A stretch of DNA of 64,000 bases, taken from the sequence record SRR22947727_788; one strand, 5' to 3'. Made by a program: the position numbers and the translations under genes. Below the pieces are notes generated by a model. The model had not been told where the DNA came from. It ran no database searches and worked only from the letters and a program-made list of their open reading frames with translations. Below are positions 29,862 through 39,814 of the stretch, piece by piece; positions within the stretch are counted from its first letter, which is position 1, and each line of letters starts with the position of its first letter.

Positions 29862-30970
29862 CGAGGACTCACAGCACCATTTTTGACATCGAGTCGACTG
29901 CCCTCCAGCCCCCGGGGCAGGTCGTCCTCCACCGCACTCGTAATAATGAGTTGCTCATAGTCAGTAATTGCACTCACCAGCTTCTCTCGGCGACGAGCAT
30001 CGAGCTCGGCAAAAACATCGTCAAGCATGATGATGGGATCCCCACTTGCTCGATTCTCGCGCAACCACGCCGCCATCCCCAGTCTGAGGGCAAGCGCAAG
30101 CGACCAGGTCTCCCCTTGGCTGGCGTGGGTTCGAGCAGGTTTGTTGTCAATAGTCAGTTCCACATCGTCACGATGGGGGCCAATGAGCGTCATCCCACGC
30201 TCTAATTCTTCGGCCCTCACTGCTACCAAAGCGTCTGCTATTGCACGCGCGATACTCTCAGGGCTCTCGTCCTCGAAGATGTAACCCCTGGGTTGATATG
30301 TCGCTGCTATCTCGTCACCGCCAGCCAAATTGTCATACTCCTTCGCAACACGGGGAGTAATCTCGCGGAGGTAGCGCACGCGATCAGCCACGATTGCCGC
30401 AGCCGCTTGCGCAAAGCTTTCGGTCCAGGCATCCAGCGTTGAGAGGTCCGCGCCTCGGGAGGAGGAGCGCAACGATTTCAAGAGGGAGTTGCGTTGTTTG
30501 AGGACGCGCTCAAAATCACTGAAGACTGCTGCCATTGATGGAGACCCACCCAGTACTAATTCATCCATGAAGTGGCGCCGGAAACTGGGTTCCCCTCGAA
30601 CAATTGCTGCGTCTTCAGGGGCAAACATGACTGCTGACACCCAACGAGGAATTTCAGACAGTTTGGTTTTGTTGCCATTCAGCGTTGCTTCGTTAGTGCC
30701 ATGACGCTTCAGAGTTACGCCCGCCGAGATGTTGCGCTCGCCATGATGAAGCTGGGCAAAGACAGTGGCGCTTTCCTGATCATCTCGAATCAACGGGGCG
30801 GCGGATGCCACTCGGTGGGAACCCAATGTTGCAAGATACCGAATGGCCTCAACAACGTTTGTTTTTCCCTGCCCATTAGGGCCAACAAGCAGGGTGACTC
30901 CGGGCGAGCACGCCAAACGGGTTGATTCGTGATTACGCCATTGGGTGAGATCGAGCTGACTGATCCACAC
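29858..30970 (-). CDS. recF: DNA replication/repair protein RecF
   Basis: GPNGQGKTN, GPHRDD, ASQGE, LDDVFAELD. Confidence 0.95.
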   Translation of the reverse strand: MWISQLDLTQWRNHESTRLACSPGVTLLVGPNGQGKTNVVEAIRYLATLGSHRVASAAPLIRDDQESATVFAQLHHGERNISAGVTLKRHGTNEATLNGNKTKLSEIPRWVSAVMFAPEDAAIVRGEPSFRRHFMDELVLGGSPSMAAVFSDFERVLKQRNSLLKSLRSSSRGADLSTLDAWTESFAQAAAAIVADRVRYLREITPRVAKEYDNLAGGDEIAATYQPRGYIFEDESPESIARAIADALVAVRAEELERGMTLIGPHRDDVELTIDNKPARTHASQGETWSLALALRLGMAAWLRENRASGDPIIMLDDVFAELDARRREKLVSAITDYEQLIITSAVEDDLPRGLEGSRLDVKNGAVSPR

Positions 30971-30980
30971 AGAAAAACTT

Positions 30981-32126
30981 CTAGCGCATCAACAAATTGG
31001 GCTGCAGCAGGTAGCGATACACCTCAGAGTCGCCACCATCCTGAGACTTCTGAGCAGTGATTAACACAGGCCCGGGCTTATTGGGGTTGTCAGTCTGCGT
31101 GAATGCAACGCGAACGAATTCGCTGTGAGTAGCACCCAGACCGTCAATCAAGAACTGAGGTTTGAGTGATACAACGCACTCTTTCCCTACTAAATGTCCA
31201 TCAATAGTTTCTGACGCTTGGGCTTGTTCGCTGCCCAAGGCTTCAAGCGCAACACCATCAGCCGTGAATGAATAACGCAAGGGAGCTTCCCGTTCCAAAA
31301 CCAAGGCAACTCGTCTGGTCGCTTCAATCAGATCAGAAGTGCTTACGACTGCGTAGTCAGGTGTTTCCGAGGGGAACAACTTAGTGACAGGGGGGAAAGA
31401 TCCCTTGATGAGCAAAGTGGTTACTGTTCTATCTGCGGAACCAAAAGCAACAAGTTCCCGCTCTCCACCGGTGTTGATGGTGATCGTAATTTCGCCAGCG
31501 GACGAAAACGTCTTCCCAATTTCAGCCAAAGTGCGAGATGGGACGAGCGCGTGAAGTCCTTCATCACTCACCCCGCTCGCTTTCCACGCAACCTCACGAG
31601 ACGCGACGCGATAACGATCTGTCGCCATCATCACAACAGCGGAAGAAGAAATATCAAGGAGAACCCCGGTGATAACGGGGGTGACGTCATCACGTGACGC
31701 AGCCGGAGCAACCTGGCTAACGGCAGAGGCGAAATCCTCTGCGGACACCGTTCCTGTAATGCCTTCAACCTCGGGAAGATTCGGATATTCCTCCACGGGC
31801 ATCGTGGCTAGTGAGAACTTGGCAGAGCCTGAGGTAATGCTGACCGAATTGCCTGATAACTCACACACCACAGATTCGTGGGGAAGTCGTGATGCAATCT
31901 CTGCAAGCAGGCGACCTGAAACAAGCACTGTGCCAGCTGCGTCAACATTCGCGTCGATGCGGGTCTTAGCCGACACCTCATAGTCGAAAGAAGAAATGGT
32001 GACGCTAGAGCCCTCTGCTGCAATCAAGACACCACTCAGGATCGGAAGTGTTGTCCTCTGGGGTAGCAGTTTGACCGCAAAAGAGACAGCCTCACTGAAG
32101 ACGTCTTTGTTGACTTCAAATTTCAC
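30981..32126 (-). CDS. dnaN: DNA polymerase III beta clamp
   Basis: SFDYEVSA, ATDRYR; synteny with dnaA and recF. Confidence 0.95.
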   Translation of the reverse strand: MKFEVNKDVFSEAVSFAVKLLPQRTTLPILSGVLIAAEGSSVTISSFDYEVSAKTRIDANVDAAGTVLVSGRLLAEIASRLPHESVVCELSGNSVSITSGSAKFSLATMPVEEYPNLPEVEGITGTVSAEDFASAVSQVAPAASRDDVTPVITGVLLDISSSAVVMMATDRYRVASREVAWKASGVSDEGLHALVPSRTLAEIGKTFSSAGEITITINTGGERELVAFGSADRTVTTLLIKGSFPPVTKLFPSETPDYAVVSTSDLIEATRRVALVLEREAPLRYSFTADGVALEALGSEQAQASETIDGHLVGKECVVSLKPQFLIDGLGATHSEFVRVAFTQTDNPNKPGPVLITAQKSQDGGDSEVYRYLLQPNLLMR

Positions 32127-32480
32127 GTGACACCTGACCTCTGGAATGGATTACCGCAGTACTCGATTCTGGCATAAAGCAACTGTCCTGTTGGATCGGC
32201 CTCGTTATTGGTTCAACAGAGAGATTAAGAAAGGAAATACTCATAACCTTTGTGGACTTGTGGATAACTTCTCAAAATCCTCTTGTTCGCTGTAAAACTA
32301 CAATCGTGTGAGTTGTGTAGTTATGCGGGGAGAAAATGTGCACTTCTGCTCCAGCTCCCAAAAACACAATTTAACTTTTGTAGCGTTGTGGAAACACATC
32401 GCGTGTCTTCCCCAGAGCGTCAGTAGTTCTTCACAAGTTATCCACAGTGTGGGAAACCCTCAACTAGAACTTGATTGACC
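32127..32480. other. Replication origin oriC (dnaA-dnaN intergenic)
   Basis: AT-rich; perfect DnaA boxes at 32259-32267 and 32438-32446 plus several degenerate boxes. Confidence 0.85.
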
Positions 32481-33881
32481 TTAATAACTGCTGGTTTGTT
32501 TGACCCTGCTGGTGATCTCTGTGACCTGGTTATAGATAGAACGCCGTTCCTTCATCAACTCACTGATTTTTTTGTTGGCGTACATCACCGTGGTGTGATC
32601 ACGGTTACCGAAGAGTTGGCCAATCTTGGGCAGAGAAAGACTGGTCATTTCTCGACAGAGGTACATCGCCACCTGTCGTGCGAGAGCAATGGTCTGGGAT
32701 CGTGAAGACCCATAGAGATCTTCGACACTGAGCTGATAGAAGGTCGCAGCAATACTGATGATGTCTGCTGGAGACACCACGTTGGTGTCTTCGGTGAGAA
32801 CCAGGTCTTTCAGCACGGTCTGTACCAGTGGCATATCGACCGTCGCCTTATTCAAGTTGGCGAAGGCAGTAACGCGAATCAGCGCACCCTCTAGTTCGCG
32901 AATATTAGATGACACTTTGGACGCCATGTATTCCACAACATCGTCGTTGATATCGATTCGCTCACTGGCGGCTTTTTTGCGCAAGATTGCAATACGAGTT
33001 TCGAGATCCGGTGCTTGAACATCGGTAATCAGACCCCACTCGAATCGACTGCGCATACGGTCCTCGAAGCCGGTGAGTTGTTTGGGGGGTAGGTCGCTGG
33101 TGACGACAACCTGCTTGTTGTGGTCATGCAAAGTGTTGAACGTGTGGAAGAAAGCTTCTTGAGTGGAGTCTTTTCCTTGAAGGAACTGAATGTCGTCGAT
33201 CAAGAGGATGTCGATTTCTCGATACCGAGCTTGGAATTCAGGCGCTCTGTTGTTGGCAATCGCGTTAATGAAGTCATTGGTGAACTCTTCCGAGGACACA
33301 TAGCGAACACGAATGCCCTTGTAGAGGCTTTGGGCATAATGACCAATGGCGTGGAGGAGGTGGGTCTTACCCAGTCCCGAGCCCCCATAAATAAAGAGCG
33401 GGTTGTAGGCCTTGGCGGGAGCTTCGGCGACCGCTACTGCTGCGGCGTGAGAGAAGCGGTTGGAAGACCCGATCACGAAATTATCGAAGCTGTATTTGTT
33501 GTTGAGCCGGGTTTGGTCTTGACCGGTAAGCACAGGCTCTGAATGTGTCACTTCTGGTGTGTAATCCGGGACGATGGAATCATCAGCAGGAATCTGTAGG
33601 ACGTCGCTCTCGATTTCAGGGTTCACGACAATGGCAAAGCTGCTGATCTCTGAATCTTCGATGCTTTCCAGAGCTGCCAGGAGAGGAAGGCGAACTCGTT
33701 GTTCGAGCATTCCCCGGGTCAGTTCGTTCGGGACCTCGAGATACAGAACTCCCGCCATAACACCGCGGGGTTCAACGAGATCAAGAAAACCCCACAGCTG
33801 AGGAGTGATCCGTGCGTCAGTCGTGAGGTGGCTTTTGACGTTATGCCAGAAATCGAGCACGTCGCTTTCTGGATCCGTCAC
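32481..33881 (-). CDS. dnaA: Chromosomal replication initiator DnaA
   Basis: [37 protein letters not shown]. Confidence 0.97.
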   Translation of the reverse strand: MTDPESDVLDFWHNVKSHLTTDARITPQLWGFLDLVEPRGVMAGVLYLEVPNELTRGMLEQRVRLPLLAALESIEDSEISSFAIVVNPEIESDVLQIPADDSIVPDYTPEVTHSEPVLTGQDQTRLNNKYSFDNFVIGSSNRFSHAAAVAVAEAPAKAYNPLFIYGGSGLGKTHLLHAIGHYAQSLYKGIRVRYVSSEEFTNDFINAIANNRAPEFQARYREIDILLIDDIQFLQGKDSTQEAFFHTFNTLHDHNKQVVVTSDLPPKQLTGFEDRMRSRFEWGLITDVQAPDLETRIAILRKKAASERIDINDDVVEYMASKVSSNIRELEGALIRVTAFANLNKATVDMPLVQTVLKDLVLTEDTNVVSPADIISIAATFYQLSVEDLYGSSRSQTIALARQVAMYLCREMTSLSLPKIGQLFGNRDHTTVMYANKKISELMKERRSIYNQVTEITSRVKQTSSY

Positions 33882-33965
33882 AAGAAAGCCTTTCTCTCTC
33901 GAACTACGAAGTAGACACCTATTCTGAAGGGCATGAAGGGTGCTGTGCCCAGACTAGAGATTAGC

Positions 33966-33974
33966 TGTGGATAA
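33966..33974 (-). promoter_or_regulatory. DnaA box upstream of dnaA
   Basis: TGTGGATAA in the dnaA-rpmH intergenic region. Confidence 0.7.
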
Positions 33975-34091
33975 CTCCATTTGGGAAATTTAGTTTGACC
34001 CGGTGAGATTTGAGGCTTATCCTGTAGTGTCCCGCAATCGGGAGTAGATGTACCGGTACATTGGCCGGATCAGCAACAAGGAGTTCTTGTC

Positions 34092-34229
34092 ATGAGTAAG
34101 CGCACGTTTCAGCCCAACAACCGTCGGCGTGCCAAGGTTCATGGATTCCGCTTGCGTATGCGCACCCGTGCCGGCCGCGCCATTCTTGCTGCTCGTCGCC
34201 GTAAAGGCCGCGAGCGCCTCTCCGCCTAG
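34092..34229 (+). CDS. rpmH: 50S ribosomal protein L34
   Basis: Hand translation [45 protein letters not shown] (below the ORF-track cutoff). Confidence 0.96.
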   Translation: MSKRTFQPNNRRRAKVHGFRLRMRTRAGRAILAARRRKGRERLSA

Positions 34230-34244
34230 TTATAGGAACACCGC

Positions 34245-34586
34245 GTGCTAGCGCGGCGTAACCGCATCGTCGAGGGCGAAGAGCTTCGTCACGTCTCGAG
34301 GCGGGGCCAGAAGTTTCGATCACCACTGTTCACGGCGGCGTGGGTGGTTTCTGCTGAGGACAATCCCGCACGGTTTGGCTTTATTACGTCTAAACAGGTG
34401 GGCGGTGCGGTAACCAGAAATCTGGTGAAACGTCGTTTGAGGGCTCTTGCGGCGCGAACCGCGGCAGATCACCCTCATGGATATGACCTTGTCGTGCGAG
34501 CGCAGCCTGATAGCTCTGGCGCATCCTTTGACCAGCTCTCGGAGCATTGGGAGCGCATGGTGTCGCAGATGGCGGGCTCAGCGTGA
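34245..34586 (+). CDS. rnpA: RNase P protein component
   Basis: RFGFITSKQVGGAVTRNLVKRRLR. Confidence 0.93.
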   Translation: MLARRNRIVEGEELRHVSRRGQKFRSPLFTAAWVVSAEDNPARFGFITSKQVGGAVTRNLVKRRLRALAARTAADHPHGYDLVVRAQPDSSGASFDQLSEHWERMVSQMAGSA

Positions 34587-34882
34587 CTTTGTTGTTGTGG
34601 TTGGCCTTGGTCCCTCGAAACATTGCCATCGCAATCTTGCTGGCCTATCGGAAAGTCATCTCTCCTCTTTATGGTCAGGTGTGCCGCTACTACCCGAGCT
34701 GTTCGGCATACACCCTCCAGGCGATTCAGTACCATGGGGTGGCAAAAGGAGTCGTTCTAGGCTCGTGGCGCATTCTGAGATGTAACCCTTGGTCACAGGG
34801 TGGGATCGATGATCCTCCCGCAGGACCCCGGCCTCGCTATGTGGTGGGACCGGTAGGGTTTGTCGGAGTAAAGGGAAGGTAG
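34583..34882 (+). CDS. yidD: Membrane protein insertion efficiency factor
   Basis: YRKVISP..CRYYPSCSAY..RILRCNPW. Confidence 0.92.
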   Translation: MTLLLWLALVPRNIAIAILLAYRKVISPLYGQVCRYYPSCSAYTLQAIQYHGVAKGVVLGSWRILRCNPWSQGGIDDPPAGPRPRYVVGPVGFVGVKGR

Positions 34883-34886
34883 GCAC

Positions 34887-35867
34887 GTGGAGTTTTTTGA
34901 CACAATTCTGTGGCCCATTCGGTGGGTCATTGAGGCGGTGCTAGCGGGCTCCCACGCCATCCTGGAATCTTTCGGAATGGACCCCGCCTCCGGTGCGGCA
35001 TGGTTCTTCTCCATCATGGTCCTCGTGTTGTTGGTGCGCGCAGCGCTTATTCCGGTTTTCGTTCGTCAAATCAAGAGCCAACGCCGCATGATGGAAATCG
35101 CCCCTGAACTGAAAAAGATTCAGGATAAGTACAAGGGAAAGAAAGACCAGTTCTCGCGCGAGGCTATGTCCCGCGAAACGATGGCCCTGTATTCCAAAGC
35201 CGGGACCAACCCTTTCTCCTCGTGTCTTCCACTTCTTCTTCAAATGCCGATCTTCTTTGGCCTTTTCCGGGTTCTCAGCACTGCTGCGGAGGGACGCGCT
35301 GGTGTGTCCTTTATGACGGAAGAGCTCGCGGAGCAGTTTGGTCAGGCAACTCTCTTTGGCTTCGCGCCGCTGAAGGCCACCATGATTGCTGCCTTTGCAG
35401 AGGGTTCTGGGTACACCTCCGCAGAAACCATCGGCATCGTGATTACGGCCGGCATCATGGTCGTTCTGATGTCAGCCTCGCAGTTCGTGACTCAGCTTCA
35501 GATCATGTCGAAGAACCAGTCGCCCGCGATGAAAGAAAGCCCGATGTATCGTCAGCAGCGGATTCTGCTGTACATGCTGCCTCTGGTGTTCCTCTTCTCC
35601 GGTGTGTATTTCCCGCTCGGTGTCATGACCTATTGGTTGGTGTCAAACTTCTGGACCATGGGTCAGCAGTTCATCGTGATCCGTAATATGCCCACGCCCG
35701 GCAGTGAGGCAGACAAAGCTCGCGAAGCTCGACTTGCCAAGAAGCGTGAGCGAAAAGGAATTGTCCTGGTGGAAGAGGATGACGAGACCGAGGAAGAACA
35801 AGAAAAGGGTCAACGTCCTCAACCCAAGGGGAAGAGTCGTTCTAAGAAAAAGAAGAAGAGGAAATAA
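34887..35867 (+). CDS. yidC: Membrane insertase YidC
   Basis: NPFSSCLPLLLQMPIF, YWLVSN.WT..QQ. Confidence 0.93.
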   Translation: MEFFDTILWPIRWVIEAVLAGSHAILESFGMDPASGAAWFFSIMVLVLLVRAALIPVFVRQIKSQRRMMEIAPELKKIQDKYKGKKDQFSREAMSRETMALYSKAGTNPFSSCLPLLLQMPIFFGLFRVLSTAAEGRAGVSFMTEELAEQFGQATLFGFAPLKATMIAAFAEGSGYTSAETIGIVITAGIMVVLMSASQFVTQLQIMSKNQSPAMKESPMYRQQRILLYMLPLVFLFSGVYFPLGVMTYWLVSNFWTMGQQFIVIRNMPTPGSEADKAREARLAKKRERKGIVLVEEDDETEEEQEKGQRPQPKGKSRSKKKKKRK

Positions 35868-36346
35868 TGGCCACGAAGGACCAAGAGATTGTTGTCCCCG
35901 ATGAGGGCGAACTTGCGGCTGACTATCTGGAAAACTTGCTCGACATCGCTGATCTCGATGGCGACATCGAGATTGAGGTGAAGCAGGAGAGAACCTATGT
36001 CACTGTCGGCTCGGCAGAGACCAACGATCTTGACGCCTTGTCCTCTCCCGATGTTGTCAGTGCCCTCCAGGATCTGACCAGGTTGGCTGTTCAGCAGAAG
36101 ACCGGAGAATTTGCTCGGTTGGTGTTGGACATCGGAGGATCTCGTGAGGCACGTGAGCGGGAGCTGGAGAAGCTCGTCAGCGTCGCGATCGTGAAGATCG
36201 AGAACGGTGCTAAGTCGGCGGCGCTCCCTCCGATGAGCAGTTATGAGCGCAAGCTTGTGCACGACATGGTGGGCGAGCGTGGTTTCCAGTCAGGCTCCGA
36301 AGGCGAAGGCAAAGACCGCCACACGGTCATCACTGCCGCTGCATAG
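35867..36346 (+). CDS. jag: Jag/KhpB R3H-domain RNA-binding protein
   Basis: AADYLE.LLDIADLDGDI, PMSSYERKLVHD, SEGEG. Confidence 0.88.
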   Translation: MATKDQEIVVPDEGELAADYLENLLDIADLDGDIEIEVKQERTYVTVGSAETNDLDALSSPDVVSALQDLTRLAVQQKTGEFARLVLDIGGSREARERELEKLVSVAIVKIENGAKSAALPPMSSYERKLVHDMVGERGFQSGSEGEGKDRHTVITAAA

Positions 36347-36348
36347 GA

Positions 36349-36990
36349 ATGTTTCACGTGAAACATTTCGATATTGAGCCAGAGCCAGCAGCAGCGGAAA
36401 AGCTCTGCGGAGAAGCTTTGCCCACTCTCCGGCTGTTTGCTGAGCACCTTGCACAGTGGGGTGACGAGCTAGGCCTTGTGGGTCCTCGGGAACGTGATCG
36501 GTTATGGACCCGTCACATTCTGAATTCAGCTTTGGTCGCCCACAAGCTGGGGCCAGGGACCCTGATCGATATTGGCTCCGGCGCCGGCTTCCCCGGTCTG
36601 GTCATCGCGGCCATGAGACCAGACATCCAGTGTGTTCTGATTGAGCCATTGGGTAGGCGTGCGCACTGGTTGCGTGAGGAGGCTGACCGCCTAGGTCTGA
36701 AGAATGTGGTTGTTCGCAACGAACGCGCTGAGGAGGCCGCTGGGCACGTCATCGCCGACTACGTGACGGCCCGCGCGGTGAGCGCCCTGAAGACACTGGT
36801 TCCTCTAGCAGCTCCTCTACTCAGAGCTGGTGGTGAGCTAGTTCTCATGAAGGGCCAGAAGATTGAGGACGAGGTTCGCGACGCCGCGTCGGTATTGGTT
36901 AAGTGGGGCGTGACCAACCCGAGCATTGAGATTACGGGACCCGAATTCAACACCGAAGAAACCCGAATCTTTCGGGCTACAGTGGGATAA
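36349..36990 (+). CDS. rsmG: 16S rRNA m7G527 methyltransferase
   Basis: LWTRHILNS, DIGSGAGFPG, TARAV; synteny. Confidence 0.93.
   Translation: MFHVKHFDIEPEPAAAEKLCGEALPTLRLFAEHLAQWGDELGLVGPRERDRLWTRHILNSALVAHKLGPGTLIDIGSGAGFPGLVIAAMRPDIQCVLIEPLGRRAHWLREEADRLGLKNVVVRNERAEEAAGHVIADYVTARAVSALKTLVPLAAPLLRAGGELVLMKGQKIEDEVRDAASVLVKWGVTNPSIEITGPEFNTEETRIFRATVG
36350..36365. promoter_or_regulatory. parS site 1
   Basis: TGTTTCACGTGAAACA, perfect consensus. Confidence 0.93.
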
Positions 36991-37001
36991 AACAGAGCGA
37001 A

Positions 37002-37017
37002 TGTTTCACGTGAAACA
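37002..37017. promoter_or_regulatory. parS site 2
   Basis: TGTTTCACGTGAAACA, perfect consensus upstream of parA. Confidence 0.93.
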
Positions 37018-37034
37018 TTGGAGGGAATGTCTCG

Positions 37035-37928
37035 GTGACCCAGCCACAGTTTGACCAGTCCACGCCATTGGCAGCTGAGCTGGCTGACTTGAGCAATCGA
37101 CGAGCAGCATTGGCAAAGGCAGTAGCTCCCAAGCCCTCTCGCACCAGGGTTTTCACGGTCGCTAACCAAAAGGGTGGTGTCGGGAAAACCACCACCGCGG
37201 TCAATATTGCGGGAGCGTTGGCTCGCTTTGGAAGCACGGTCCTCGTCATTGATCTCGACCCCCAAGGCAACGCGTCAACAGCATTAGGTATCGACCATCA
37301 CGGGGATATTTCCAGCATCTACGACGTGGTGGTGGGTGTTACCCCTCTGTCGGACGTGGTTCAGGTGAGCCCGGAGAACCCTCGTTTGCTCTGTGCGCCG
37401 TCAAACTTGGATCTCGCGGGAGCTGAAATCGAGCTGGTGTCGATGGCTGCTCGGGAATACCGCCTCCAAAGGGCGCTGCAGGCCTTCCTCGATTCTTCGG
37501 CGGGCTCCAACATTGACTATGTCTTCATCGATTGCCCCCCGTCGCTGGGCCTTCTGACCATCAATGCCTTTGTTGCAGCGAATGAGGTCTTGATCCCGAT
37601 TCAGTGTGAGTATTACGCCCTGGAGGGGGTGAGCCAGCTGGTGAGCAACATCGAGCTCATGAGGGGCCACCTGAATCCGGCACTCACTCTGTCCACCATC
37701 CTTCTCACCATGTTCGACACCAGAACTAATCTCGCGCATCAGGTTGTGTCAGATGTCAGGTCCCACTTTCCCCACCAGACCTTGGCGACGCTTATTCCCC
37801 GATCTGTCCGCGTGTCAGAAGCACCCAGTTATGGCCAGACAGTGATTGAGTATGACCAGAGCTCTCCCGGAGCCGTTTCCTACCAGGAAGCCGCCCTCGA
37901 GATCGCACATAGAGGAGCACCGCAGTAA
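37035..37928 (+). CDS. parA: Chromosome partitioning ATPase ParA
   Basis: NQKGGVGKTTT, DLDPQGNAS, IDCPPSLG, EAPSYG. Confidence 0.95.
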   Translation: MTQPQFDQSTPLAAELADLSNRRAALAKAVAPKPSRTRVFTVANQKGGVGKTTTAVNIAGALARFGSTVLVIDLDPQGNASTALGIDHHGDISSIYDVVVGVTPLSDVVQVSPENPRLLCAPSNLDLAGAEIELVSMAAREYRLQRALQAFLDSSAGSNIDYVFIDCPPSLGLLTINAFVAANEVLIPIQCEYYALEGVSQLVSNIELMRGHLNPALTLSTILLTMFDTRTNLAHQVVSDVRSHFPHQTLATLIPRSVRVSEAPSYGQTVIEYDQSSPGAVSYQEAALEIAHRGAPQ

Positions 37929-38872
37929 TGGCACAGAAGAGAACTGGACTGGGTAGAGGTATTGGTGCGTTGATTCCCGGCGCCCCCACCACAGGAGAGC
38001 GCCCGGTCGACGTGTTTTTCCCCTCCAGCGCTGAAGCTGGCGACTTAGTCAGCATTCCCGGAGCGACGCTTGTCGCTGTTCCGCCGACCAGTATTCGCCC
38101 CAACCCGAAACAGCCAAGAAAAGAATTCCACCAGGAAGAGCTTGACGAGCTCATTCACTCGGTGCGCGAGTTTGGCGTTCTCCAGCCCATCGTGGTGCGA
38201 CCTCTCGCTCAGCCGGAAGGAACCGTGGCCTATGAGCTAATCATGGGAGAGCGACGTCTCCGCGCTGCGACCGCTGCAGGTTTGGACACTATCCCCGCGG
38301 TGGTGCGAGAAACCGACGATGACGCCATGTTGCGCGACGCCCTCTTGGAAAACCTTCACCGGGCAAACCTCAACGCCTTGGAGGAAGCCTCGGCCTATCA
38401 GCAGCTGCTCTCTGACTTTGGAATTACTCAGGACGAGCTTGCGACCAGGCTCGGAAGATCTCGCCCTCAAGTGACCAACACGTTGCGTTTGCTGCGCCTC
38501 CCCGCTGATGTTCAGAAGAAGGTTGCGGCAGGGGTCTTGAGCGCGGGGCACGCGAGAGCACTCCTGGCCATGCCTGATGCGGAGGGGATGTCAAAGCTTG
38601 CGAACAAGATTGTTCAGCAGTCACTGACCGTCCGCCAAGCAGAGGAAGAAGCGGGACTCGCGAAGGCGACAAAAACTGGCGGCAAGAAGGTTCGTGGCGG
38701 CAGTCGAAGTGAGGGCCTCGACGAGATCGCGGAGCGTATGGGCGACCGTCTCAACACCCGCGTCCACATCACGTTGTCGAAAACCAAGGGAACAGTGGCC
38801 ATTGACTTTGCGACGGTGGCAGACCTGAACCGAATTCTCGGTGAGTTGGGGGAGCCGGGCTTCAAGGCCTAG
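37928..38872 (+). CDS. parB: Chromosome partitioning protein ParB
   Basis: GLGRG, NPKQPR, GERRLRA, LENLHR, HARAL. Confidence 0.95.
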   Translation: MAQKRTGLGRGIGALIPGAPTTGERPVDVFFPSSAEAGDLVSIPGATLVAVPPTSIRPNPKQPRKEFHQEELDELIHSVREFGVLQPIVVRPLAQPEGTVAYELIMGERRLRAATAAGLDTIPAVVRETDDDAMLRDALLENLHRANLNALEEASAYQQLLSDFGITQDELATRLGRSRPQVTNTLRLLRLPADVQKKVAAGVLSAGHARALLAMPDAEGMSKLANKIVQQSLTVRQAEEEAGLAKATKTGGKKVRGGSRSEGLDEIAERMGDRLNTRVHITLSKTKGTVAIDFATVADLNRILGELGEPGFKA

Positions 38873-39812
38873 CGAGCGCCGCCTCTACCAAGGCGCCATA
38901 GACGCCGCCAACGTCATAGCCGGCGGCATCGAGAGCGAGAGCGGTACTGGATGTTTCGGTGAGCCCTGGCATGGTGCTCGCCTCGAGGAACCAGGGCTTG
39001 CCCTCGTTGTCAACGATAAAGTCCACTCTCGCAAGATCGCGTAGCCCCAAGGCAGTGAAGGCATCAAGCGCTAGCGCACTCAAGGAGTCGAGGGTGGCCT
39101 GCTCCAGCCGGGGCGGGGTGTAGAACCTGGTTGCGCCAGCGGTGTAGCGCGCCTCAAAGTCATAGTGGCCTGACAGCGGCTCGATTTCGACCGCAGGGAT
39201 TGCTCGTGGGCCATCTCCGGTGTCAATGATGGGGACGCACACCTCGACGCCGACGATGCGCTTCTCAATTAACGCAATGTCGGAGTAGGTAAAGGCGTGG
39301 ACCATGGCTTTGCGAAGGTCCTCGCTCGAGTCAACCCAAGACACCCCCTGGGCGGAGCCTCCTTGGGCGGGCTTGACGATCAGTGGAATACCGAGGCTCG
39401 TGGTGACGGTCTCCAGGACGCTCTCAGCACCTAACTCCCTAAAAGCGTCTCTCGACAAGGTGATTGATGGTGGGGTGGCGACACCAGCCCGCTTTGCGAG
39501 GCTTTTGGCCACCGGTTTGTTCCACGCAATGCGGGAAGCGTCGGCGGTGGAGCCCACGTAGGGAATATTGAGCATCTCCAGGAGGGCGCGGAGCGCACCA
39601 TCCTCACCAGAGGCTCCGTGGAGGACTGGCCAGATAACTTCAGGGGAGGTTTCCCCGAGATACTCAATCAGCGACCCATCAGGATCCCTCAGCTCGACGC
39701 TCACGCCATGAGAGAGCAGACCGTCTGCCACTTTCCGTCCAGATTTGAGTGAGATATCCCGCTCGTGGGAAATCCCGCCGGAGAGTATGAGAACGCGTGG
39801 CATCTCCGCCAC
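38862..39812 (-). CDS. D-Ala-D-Ala ligase-like ATP-grasp protein
   Basis: GGISHERDISLKSG, LHGASGEDG, VKP..GGS, YDFEARY, RVDF; some motifs diverged. Confidence 0.8.
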   Translation of the reverse strand: MAEMPRVLILSGGISHERDISLKSGRKVADGLLSHGVSVELRDPDGSLIEYLGETSPEVIWPVLHGASGEDGALRALLEMLNIPYVGSTADASRIAWNKPVAKSLAKRAGVATPPSITLSRDAFRELGAESVLETVTTSLGIPLIVKPAQGGSAQGVSWVDSSEDLRKAMVHAFTYSDIALIEKRIVGVEVCVPIIDTGDGPRAIPAVEIEPLSGHYDFEARYTAGATRFYTPPRLEQATLDSLSALALDAFTALGLRDLARVDFIVDNEGKPWFLEASTMPGLTETSSTALALDAAGYDVGGVYGALVEAALARP

Positions 39813-39814
39813 GG

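Noticed and set aside
32119-32134. parS-like sequence over the dnaN start codon (AATTTCACGTGACACC)
   Set aside because: Only 12/16 match to consensus and partly explained by coding constraints.
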